From Geobacter sp. (GTDB taxonomy: Bacteria > Myxococcota_A > UBA9160 > JADFDR01), in assembly GCA_018262735.1 (NCBI GenBank), contig JADFDR010000002.1:1-40711 (forward strand): a stretch of 40,711 nucleotides of DNA. Reading direction: 5' to 3'. A program made the translations under genes and the position numbers. Shown in pieces: positions 34,296 to 40,711 of this stretch. The notes beneath the pieces are model-generated. The model saw nothing but the letters and a program-made list of their open reading frames with translations, was not told the DNA's origin and did not search any database. Within the stretch, counting starts at the first letter, position 1, and each line of letters begins with the position of its first letter.

Positions 34296-35192
34296 TTATC
34301 GTTTCGTTTCTTTGGAGTTCGCTTTCTCGAATTCTTCGAGCAACGTGCGACGCATTTCGCGCTCGCGGTTCCGAATCTCCCAGAAACGCGGCGGACGTTT
34401 TTCCATGAATGCCATTCCGCCTTCCTTGCCCTCCGGCATATCGAACCAATCCGGATAAAACTGACTCGAGATCGTTCCCATCTCCTGGTAGCCATCCATT
34501 TCTTGATCGAAACTCGCTTTGAGAATTTCAAGGCAACCCGGACTCACGCGCAAAAGTTCTTCGCACCACTGATCCACTTCAGTGTCGAGTCGATCGAGTG
34601 GAACCACGCGATTCACGAGTCCCATCTGTTCGGCTTCCTGAGCAGTGTACCGTCGGCAAAGCATCCACATTTCGCGCGCTTTCTTGGCGCCGACGACCTT
34701 GGTGAGATAGGGCACGAAAAAACCATCGGCCGGACTCGACACGCGCGGCCCGGCTTGGCCGAAGATTGCGTTGTCGGCGGCGATCGTAAAATCGCAGCAA
34801 TAAGCCATGTGATTGTGTCCCGCCAAACAATATCCCTGCACGACTGCCATCACCGGTTTGCGCGAAAGACGAATCAATCGATTGTGCGGGTAGCGGTTGT
34901 AAAACGCTTCGCGCAAACCCCAGCGCTCCCACTCGACATCCCCCCCTGCACCGAAATGTTTTCCCACACCTGCAACCAAGATGACACCGATCGATGTATC
35001 ATGGTTTGCGTCATAGAACGCGCGAAACATTTCCTCCACCGTCGAAAGTGTCATCGTATTGAACTTGTTTGGCTTGTTGATCGAAACGCGCGCAATGCCG
35101 CCTTCGAGTTCCGAATGATATTTTTTTTCGTACAGGATTTGCTCGAAAACGAGACCGTCCCCTTGAACTTGTGCCCATTCTGACCAACCCAT
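34296..35192 (-). CDS. MenB/BadI-like crotonase (naphthoate-synthase / 2-ketocyclohexanecarboxyl-CoA-hydrolase subfamily)
   Basis: GQAGPRVSSPADGFFVPYLTKVVGAKKAREMWMLCRRYTAQEAEQMGLVNRVVP closely follows the MenB-type signature. Also FGAGGDV. Start set to ATG 35192 (AGGAGG 9 nt upstream). Confidence 0.8.
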   Translation of the reverse strand: MGWSEWAQVQGDGLVFEQILYEKKYHSELEGGIARVSINKPNKFNTMTLSTVEEMFRAFYDANHDTSIGVILVAGVGKHFGAGGDVEWERWGLREAFYNRYPHNRLIRLSRKPVMAVVQGYCLAGHNHMAYCCDFTIAADNAIFGQAGPRVSSPADGFFVPYLTKVVGAKKAREMWMLCRRYTAQEAEQMGLVNRVVPLDRLDTEVDQWCEELLRVSPGCLEILKASFDQEMDGYQEMGTISSQFYPDWFDMPEGKEGGMAFMEKRPPRFWEIRNREREMRRTLLEEFEKANSKETKR

Positions 35193-35367
35193 GCTGTCGA
35201 TCCTCCTGACGACTTGGCGCGACCAAGTCACGCCAACCTCAAAGCCTCTCGTTCTGTCCGTTTCTTGATCTTTCCAAATTCGCAAACCATTGGAACGCTT
35301 TTGCGCGACCGCAAATTTTTCTTGCTGCGGCGCAATACAACACAACTTTGTCTACACTTATTTGCGT

Positions 35368-36141
35368 TTAGCGACCTTTGAAAGCAGGCGGGCGGCGCTC
35401 TGCGAACGCCGCCGGACCTTCCTTCGCATCCTCCGACGAAAACACGCGTGCGGCAAGTGCTTTTTCAAGCACGAAGCCCGGCTCGTTCAACATCGAGCGC
35501 ACTGCAATCTCTTTGGCCGTGCGCACCGCGAGCGGGCCATTCTTGCAAATTTTCTCGGCCATCTGCATGGCTTCGTTGAATACCTGATCCGCCGGCACCA
35601 CCTTGTTCACGAGTCCGACGTCATAAGCGCGCTGCGCGCTAATCGGTTCACCGGTGAGCAAAAGCTCCATCGCCACGGCCCACGGAATTTGCCGCGGTAC
35701 ACGAATATGTGACCCCCCTGCCGGAATCAACCCCCAGCGCACTTCGCCAAGACTAAACATCACGTGCTCGCCTGCGATGCGAATATCCGTGCCTGCAAGC
35801 ATCTCCATGCCACCCGCAATGCAGGCTCCGTTGACGGCAGCGATGATCGGCTTGAACACGTCCGAGAACTGGCGTTTCGTGTGATCGGGATAGCCGAGAT
35901 CGTCACCGGCGGTGAGCAGCGGAATCGCTTCTTTGAGATCCATGCCCGCCGAAAACGCTTTGTCGCCGGTGCCGGTCAAAATCGCCACCCAGAGATCGGG
36001 ATCCGCGTTGAAATCGGCAAACGCCGCATCGAGGCCAAGCAACATCGCTTTGGTAAGCGAATTCATCGCCTTCGGACGATCAATGCGCATCACGGCGATA
36101 TGACCTTTTTTCTCGTAAACGATCTCGGACGGAATCTCCAC
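35368..36141 (-). CDS. enoyl-CoA hydratase/isomerase family protein (E2, paralog of E1)
   Basis: HIAVMRIDRPKAMNSL, FSAGMDL, AAVNGACIAGGMEMLAGTDIRIAG and GEVRWGLIPAGGSHIRVPR. The track start 36186 is a TTG. GTG 36141 with GGAGA 6 nt upstream is preferred. Confidence 0.85.
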   Translation of the reverse strand: MEIPSEIVYEKKGHIAVMRIDRPKAMNSLTKAMLLGLDAAFADFNADPDLWVAILTGTGDKAFSAGMDLKEAIPLLTAGDDLGYPDHTKRQFSDVFKPIIAAVNGACIAGGMEMLAGTDIRIAGEHVMFSLGEVRWGLIPAGGSHIRVPRQIPWAVAMELLLTGEPISAQRAYDVGLVNKVVPADQVFNEAMQMAEKICKNGPLAVRTAKEIAVRSMLNEPGFVLEKALAARVFSSEDAKEGPAAFAERRPPAFKGR

Positions 36142-36196
36142 GATACATCTCCACTTTTTGGTGTAATTGATCTTGCGTTCGTTCAACCCACCGCGT

Positions 36197-36622
36197 TCAG
36201 CGAACGCAGCGTCGAAATTTCGGCAAGCTGATTTCCGGCGTCACTTCGTCGAAAACCACTTCCACCGGCATCCCAATTTTCAATTCTTCGGGAGTGCAAC
36301 CTTGCACTTCGCTGAGCAAACGCACGCCTTCTTCGAGTTCGACGATCACGGGTGCAAGCGGTACGGAATCGCGAAACGCGGGATGCAGCGCGCGGTTCAC
36401 GACGGTCCATGTGAATACTTCGCCGCGCCCGCTCGACTTCGCCCATTCCCATTCCCAGGAACCACACTCGGCACACATTTCACGCGGCATATGCCGCCAC
36501 GCGCCACAGGATTTACAACGCTGAAAACGCAATTCACCTTGTTTGCAGAACGCGTAGAAATCTTTGCTGAAGCCTTCGAGTACCGGAAGCGGCTTCGTGT
36601 ATCCGGTTGCAGATTCGCTCAT
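36197..36622 (-). CDS. DUF35 Zn-ribbon / OB-fold protein (D2, paralog of D1)
   Basis: RCKSCGAWRHMPREMCAECGS, then GRGEVFTWTVVNRALHPAF. 141 aa. Confidence 0.88.
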   Translation of the reverse strand: MSESATGYTKPLPVLEGFSKDFYAFCKQGELRFQRCKSCGAWRHMPREMCAECGSWEWEWAKSSGRGEVFTWTVVNRALHPAFRDSVPLAPVIVELEEGVRLLSEVQGCTPEELKIGMPVEVVFDEVTPEISLPKFRRCVR

Positions 36623-36702
36623 TTCGTTCTCGCTTTCTTCAATCGTTCATTCTCGATTGGGGGATTGCACTCGATCTTTTGCTTGCGTTGGAAAAGGTTT
36701 CT

Positions 36703-37863
36703 TCAGCGACGCAAAATGGCGATGCTGCCGTCGCCAAAATCGCCCCAGCCCGTCACAACACCGATCTCGGCGTCCTTCACTTGACGCTCGCCCGCAACAC
36801 CGCGGAGTTGTCGAACGGCTTCGACGATGTGATTCATGCCGAGCACATGCGCTTCGGAAAGAAGTCCACCGTGCGTGTTCACCGGGAGTTCGCCGCCGAG
36901 TTCGATGCGTCCGCCTTCAACGAATGCACCGCCTTCGCCGCGTTTGCAAAAACCGACTTCTTCGATTTGCTGCAAGACCTCGAAGGTGAAGCAATCGTAG
37001 ATCTGCGCGAAGTCGACATCTTTCGGTGTCACTCCGGCCCTCGCAAAGGCTTCCGGCGCCGCGATCGTGAGACCGGTGCGAAAGATGTCTTTGCGATTCG
37101 TGAACTCGTCGGCGGGATACGGCTGCCCTGCGGCCACGCTCATGATGTAGGCCGGCTTTTTCTTGAGATCACGGGCGCGCTCGACGCTGGTCACCACCAA
37201 CGCCGCAGCACCGTCGGTTTCGAGACAGCAATCGAACAAGCGATACGGATCCGCGAGCATCGGCGAGGCGAGATAGTCGTCCATAGTCATGGCGCGGCCG
37301 CGCATCACCGCGTTCGGATTGAGCTGCGCGTGCTTGCGCATCGCGAGCGCGATCGCACCGAGTTGCTCGGCCTTCGTGCCATACTCATGCATGTGTCGGC
37401 GAGCCATCAGCGAATACCACTGCGGCGGCGCGGTAAGTCCATACGGCAAGTAGTAGTCGCGCGCGATCGTACCGCCGGGCAGCGACGAAACGTCTTGCGA
37501 AACCGTCTGGCGCGCCCGCGCACTCGAATAGCCATTCCAGCCCGCCGGGATCAAGACATAATCCGCAGCACCCGAAGTCACCGCGAGCGCTGCACTTTCA
37601 AGCGACGCCACCGGCGAAGCGCCTCCCATATGGATCGTCACCGCAAAGCGAAGATTGACGCAGCCAAGATTGGCTGCGAAAGCTTCGGCGGTACCGAGTG
37701 TGGGAAACGGCATGATACCGTCAATCTGCGAATTTTTGAGTCCTGCATCGGCGATCGCTCGGGTTGCGGCTTGCAATTGCAAACCGAGCAACGTCATCCC
37801 CGAACCTTCGCCGCGCAAATACTTCGTCTCGCCAATACCAACGATGCAAGCTTGATCCTTCAC
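36703..37863 (-). CDS. thiolase-superfamily (SCP2-type) protein lacking the nucleophilic Cys (T2, paralog of T1)
   Basis: ACIVGIGETKYLRG. HMGGASPVASL sits at the nucleophile position. The C-terminal ~90 aa are almost identical in protein sequence to T1. Start set to GTG 37863 (GGGGAG 5 nt upstream); the track start is 37947. Confidence 0.85.
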   Translation of the reverse strand: MKDQACIVGIGETKYLRGEGSGMTLLGLQLQAATRAIADAGLKNSQIDGIMPFPTLGTAEAFAANLGCVNLRFAVTIHMGGASPVASLESAALAVTSGAADYVLIPAGWNGYSSARARQTVSQDVSSLPGGTIARDYYLPYGLTAPPQWYSLMARRHMHEYGTKAEQLGAIALAMRKHAQLNPNAVMRGRAMTMDDYLASPMLADPYRLFDCCLETDGAAALVVTSVERARDLKKKPAYIMSVAAGQPYPADEFTNRKDIFRTGLTIAAPEAFARAGVTPKDVDFAQIYDCFTFEVLQQIEEVGFCKRGEGGAFVEGGRIELGGELPVNTHGGLLSEAHVLGMNHIVEAVRQLRGVAGERQVKDAEIGVVTGWGDFGDGSIAILRR

Positions 37864-38024
37864 CGCGTCTCCCCGTTTTGGAACCTCTGATCCGTTCCCG
37901 TTTTTGAGTTCTTTTGCAAATTCAATTCGCTTCTTTCCATCGCGCAATTTGTCTTGGCGCGGAAAGTACCCACGAAATGGAATCCATCAGAGGTTCCTTT
38001 TTTGAATGCGCACGGCGTTGCGAA

Positions 38025-39017
38025 TTACTTGCAACGCTTTTTAGTGTCGATTTTCGCAAGCTTCGCAAGGTTGAGACCGAGCAATCCAGCGCGAACCTCG
38101 TCGGTGATCTCCGCATAGCCCCACTTTTCTTGAAGTTCCTCGGGCATTTGCAGATTGCGTACCCAATCGACCACGCGCGGCATGTCGTCGAACGGCAAGT
38201 CGAGACCCATCACGATGCGATGCGAGTCGACCCACTGCAGCGCGGTACCGATCGCGTGATAACCACGGTACGGCGAGCGCTCGTACCAACCGATGATGCC
38301 CGAAAGACTCAAGTAGAGATTCATGTGCTTGCCGGCGAGTCCAATCAACTCTTCGGTATTCGGCCAACCCATGTGATAGGCGATGATCTTGAGTTCCGGG
38401 AAATCGAGAAGAACACGATCGAGTGTCATCGGCATCGAGTGTGCGCTCGGTTGCGGTACGACGTAGGACTGCCCCGTGTGCACCGTGAGTGCGATGTCGA
38501 GTTCGCAGGCCTTCTCGTAGAACGGCCACAGCGCGCGATCGTCGAGCGCGCCAAGATCTTCCGGCGCATACATCTTACAAAGTTTTGCGTTGCGCTCTTT
38601 GACGAGATACTCGAGCTCCCAGAGCGCATGTTCCATGCCACGGCGCAAAATCGGCCCGACGTTGCACTCAAGATAGATGCGATCCGGATACGGCTCGATC
38701 TCTTTCAGAATAAAACCGTTCGTCGAAAGACAGGTCGAATTGCCCGTAACGTCCATCATCGGTTCGCGAAGCGCGAAGGTCACGTCGACGCCGGACTTGT
38801 CCATATACGCAATCAACTCTTTTGCAATCGGATGGGGCCACGACGCATCAGGATCCGTGAGATTGCGTCCTGCCCACGCCTTCATCACGCCGTTCACGCT
38901 GCCCCACCAACGCTGGACATTCGGAAAGTACGCGATCTCTGCAAGTGTATCCGGGTTCATCAAATGGCATTCCGATAACGCGACGAAGTAATCTTTTCCG
39001 GCTTTCTTGGCTGTCAT
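38025..39017 (-). CDS. amidohydrolase-2 family protein (metal-dependent hydrolase / decarboxylase / hydratase fold)
   Basis: TVHTG, IIAYHMGWP and MGLDLPF match the later metal-ligand motifs of PF04909-type enzymes. The N-terminal motif reads LSECHLM rather than a clear HxH. Start set to ATG 39017 (AAGGAG 6 nt upstream). Confidence 0.75.
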   Translation of the reverse strand: MTAKKAGKDYFVALSECHLMNPDTLAEIAYFPNVQRWWGSVNGVMKAWAGRNLTDPDASWPHPIAKELIAYMDKSGVDVTFALREPMMDVTGNSTCLSTNGFILKEIEPYPDRIYLECNVGPILRRGMEHALWELEYLVKERNAKLCKMYAPEDLGALDDRALWPFYEKACELDIALTVHTGQSYVVPQPSAHSMPMTLDRVLLDFPELKIIAYHMGWPNTEELIGLAGKHMNLYLSLSGIIGWYERSPYRGYHAIGTALQWVDSHRIVMGLDLPFDDMPRVVDWVRNLQMPEELQEKWGYAEITDEVRAGLLGLNLAKLAKIDTKKRCK

Positions 39018-39038
39018 GACTTTCTCCTTGGTTGAATC

Positions 39039-39062
39039 TTGCGTTGCAGTTTGCGTTGCAAA
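39039..39062 (-). repeat. tandem 12-mer TTGCGTTGCA(GT/AA) x2, directly upstream of the amidohydrolase RBS
   Basis: 39039-39050 and 39051-39062 share the 10-mer TTGCGTTGCA. They are followed by two perfect 10-bp palindromes, CGAGGCCTCG (39065-39074) and GACTCGAGTC (39076-39085). Confidence 0.7.
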
Positions 39063-39108
39063 TTCGAGGCCTCGCGACTCGAGTCGAGCAAGCGACACGA
39101 TGCGAGCA

Positions 39109-40711
39109 TCAGGCGTTCGCGCGCTCCGCCTTGGCCTTTTGAATCCACTTCCAGACACGATTCGGTGTCGCAGGAGTTTCGTTTGCAATGACACCAATAG
39201 GTGTCAGCGCATCTGTAATGGCATTCATGATTGCAGCCGGCGTGGTGTGCATCGCGCCTTCACCGCAGCCCTTGGCGCCAAGCGGCGCCACCGGCGAAGG
39301 CGTGCAAAGCGCAGCCTTCTCCGTCATCGGCACCTCGTTGATCGTCGGAATCAAATAATCCATAAACGTCGACACGAGTGGCTGTGCTTCCGCGTCATAG
39401 ACATACTCCTCGTACAACGCCGCACCCACGCCCTGGGCGACACCGCCTTGGATCATGCCTTCGACGTTCGATGGATTGAGCCGCACGCCGCAGTCGTCGG
39501 CGATGTAATACTTCAAGATCTCGACCTTGCCCGTCTCGGGATCGACTTCAACTTGCACAATATGACAGGCATTGGCGGCAGTGAGATAACTCCGACCACG
39601 CCCTTGCTCGTCGACCGGATTGCGACCGGCCGCAGTCCAGACGTACGTCGCTTCGGTGTTCGGCTCGATGCCCGGCGGCAAAAGATCGCTGCGCGCAAGC
39701 ATCACGCCGGCCACTTGCACAAGCGGCATCTCGGCGCCTGGTACTCCTTTGATCCGGAACATTCCATCGTGTAGTTCGATGTGATCCGCTTCGGTTTGCA
39801 TGAGATGCGCCACCACTTTCGCCATGCGCTGCGCGAGCGTTTGCGACGCACCCAACAACGCACCCGTGAGCGCAACGCCAAGCCGGCTGCCACCCGGACC
39901 AAAGTGCGGCGGCGCCGAAAGCGTGTCGAGTTGCACGACTTGCACGGCCTTCATGTCGACGCCGAAATAATCTGCGAGCACTTGCGCCGCGAGCGTGTAC
40001 TGACCTTGGCCTTCGAGCGCAAACCCGACGCGCGCCGTGATGTTGCCGAGGATGTCGATGTGTACGGTGACCCCTTCCGGCACACCGATGCTATGCACAC
40101 CCACCGTCGCATACGCGTTCCAATCAAAGACACCGGGCTCGATCGCGTTCACGACGGAAATCCCAAGATAGCGGCCTTGCTTGCGCGCCTCGGCTTGCTC
40201 CTTACGCAACTTCGTGTATTCCGACATTTCGAGCACTTTGTCGAGCGCAGCCTCGTAGTTGCCGCTGTCGTACTCGTTGCCACTCGGAATCGTGTAGGGG
40301 AACTGCTCGGGCTGGATGTAGTTCTTGCGGCGAATCTCCGCCGGATCGAGGCCGAGACTGCGCGCCGCGATATCGACCATTTGCTCGAGGACAAAGTAAT
40401 GTGGCGGAGGTCCCATTCCGCGATAAGGACTGGCCGGAAGTTTGTTCGTCATCACCAAGGTGAGGTCGTACTGCGCGGCTTGAATCGTGTAGCAACCCGT
40501 GAACGCCGCAAGCGGTTTGCCCGCCGACACGGCGCCAAAGCCTTCGGCCGTCGCACCGAGATCATCGACGAGCTTCACTTTGAGTCCTGTGAGTTTGCCG
40601 TCACGCGTGACGGCAAGTGACGCTTTATAGTGTCGGTCCCAGGCTTGACTCGAACCCGAGCCAAGATATTCCATGCGATCTTCGATCCACTTCACGGGGC
40701 GCCCGCCAGTC
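39109..40711 (-). CDS. molybdenum hydroxylase (xanthine dehydrogenase / CoxL-like) large subunit, C-terminal ~530 aa; the 5' end lies beyond the right edge
   Basis: The frame is open to the window edge (...TGGRPVKWIEDRMEY...). Typical family segments: PYRGMGPP, GGSRLG and PLGAKGCGEGA. The M at 40695 in the track is an internal GTG. Confidence 0.88.
   Translation of the reverse strand, partial: TGGRPVKWIEDRMEYLGSGSSQAWDRHYKASLAVTRDGKLTGLKVKLVDDLGATAEGFGAVSAGKPLAAFTGCYTIQAAQYDLTLVMTNKLPASPYRGMGPPPHYFVLEQMVDIAARSLGLDPAEIRRKNYIQPEQFPYTIPSGNEYDSGNYEAALDKVLEMSEYTKLRKEQAEARKQGRYLGISVVNAIEPGVFDWNAYATVGVHSIGVPEGVTVHIDILGNITARVGFALEGQGQYTLAAQVLADYFGVDMKAVQVVQLDTLSAPPHFGPGGSRLGVALTGALLGASQTLAQRMAKVVAHLMQTEADHIELHDGMFRIKGVPGAEMPLVQVAGVMLARSDLLPPGIEPNTEATYVWTAAGRNPVDEQGRGRSYLTAANACHIVQVEVDPETGKVEILKYYIADDCGVRLNPSNVEGMIQGGVAQGVGAALYEEYVYDAEAQPLVSTFMDYLIPTINEVPMTEKAALCTPSPVAPLGAKGCGEGAMHTTPAAIMNAITDALTPIGVIANETPATPNRVWKWIQKAKAERANA

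Noticed and set aside
34296-35192. Assignment as BamA/Oah (6-oxocyclohex-1-ene-1-carbonyl-CoA hydrolase) or as a genuine menaquinone MenB
   Set aside because: I could not find the BamA marker peptides I remember, and the sequence is MenB/BadI-like instead. A true MenB role is doubtful because no men genes are nearby. It is left as a subfamily-level call.
35300-35320. Hairpin TTTGCG-CGAC-CGCAAA followed by TTTTT
   Set aside because: It looks like an intrinsic terminator only for the plus strand, but both flanking genes are on the minus strand. On the minus-strand RNA no U-tract follows. It could mark an antisense or small RNA, but there is no further support.
36607-38978. Plus-strand ORFs 36607..37890 (427 aa) and 37914..38978 (354 aa)
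   Set aside because: Antisense to T2 and the amidohydrolase. Both are Arg/His-rich, motif-free translations. The same reasoning applies to other long shadow ORFs: 7672..8922, 16400..17407, 17370..18329, 18746..19738, 20125..21000, 21085..22071, 28505..29701 and 39781..40620.

Overview
GC-rich bacterial chromosomal segment, densely coding. I saw no rRNA, tRNA, CRISPR array, transposase or integrase. All family calls come from reading motifs by eye; no searches were run. Many track ORFs begin with GTG or TTG shown as M, so I re-set several starts using Shine-Dalgarno spacing.

Left ~9 kb (all minus strand): a partial lipoprotein gene missing from the ORF track, a secreted or anchored phospholipase-D-family protein, a nitrite assimilation module (nirB-nirD-nirC), then a polytopic membrane protein (possibly EBP/EXPERA-like), a crotonase and an LLM/F420-type oxidoreductase.

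From ~9.3 kb to the right edge: a large CoA-thioester catabolic island. It holds two paralogous tandem pairs of family III CoA-transferases, a MarR regulator coupled to an alpha-methylacyl-CoA-racemase-like protein, a CocE/NonD hydrolase and a nitronate-monooxygenase-family flavoenzyme. It also holds two paralogous triads of thiolase-like protein, DUF35 Zn-ribbon/OB protein and enoyl-CoA hydratase, which sit on opposite strands. Other members are NTF2/SnoaL-like proteins, a second LLM oxidoreductase, a membrane-anchored HdrD/CCG Fe-S oxidoreductase and XdhC plus MocA-like Moco maturation genes overlapping a hybrid histidine kinase. The right end carries a MenB/BadI-like crotonase, an amidohydrolase-2 protein and a truncated molybdenum-hydroxylase large subunit. 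A cytochrome c-FTR1 iron permease sits in the middle.

The most interesting signal is the duplicated, bbs-like but non-canonical module. The transferase pairs have a partner subunit lacking the family III catalytic Asp. The thiolase-like proteins lack the nucleophilic Cys, so they look aldolase-like. No acyl-CoA ligase, acyl-CoA dehydrogenase or 3-hydroxyacyl-CoA dehydrogenase is visible in the window.

Several non-coding elements are also reported: a shared palindromic operator motif, a 69-bp tandem repeat, direct repeats and a Fur-box-like site. Taxon guess (Myxococcota or deltaproteobacterial-like) is tentative and rests only on GC-richness and the CSDGIDNDxDG-type motif.
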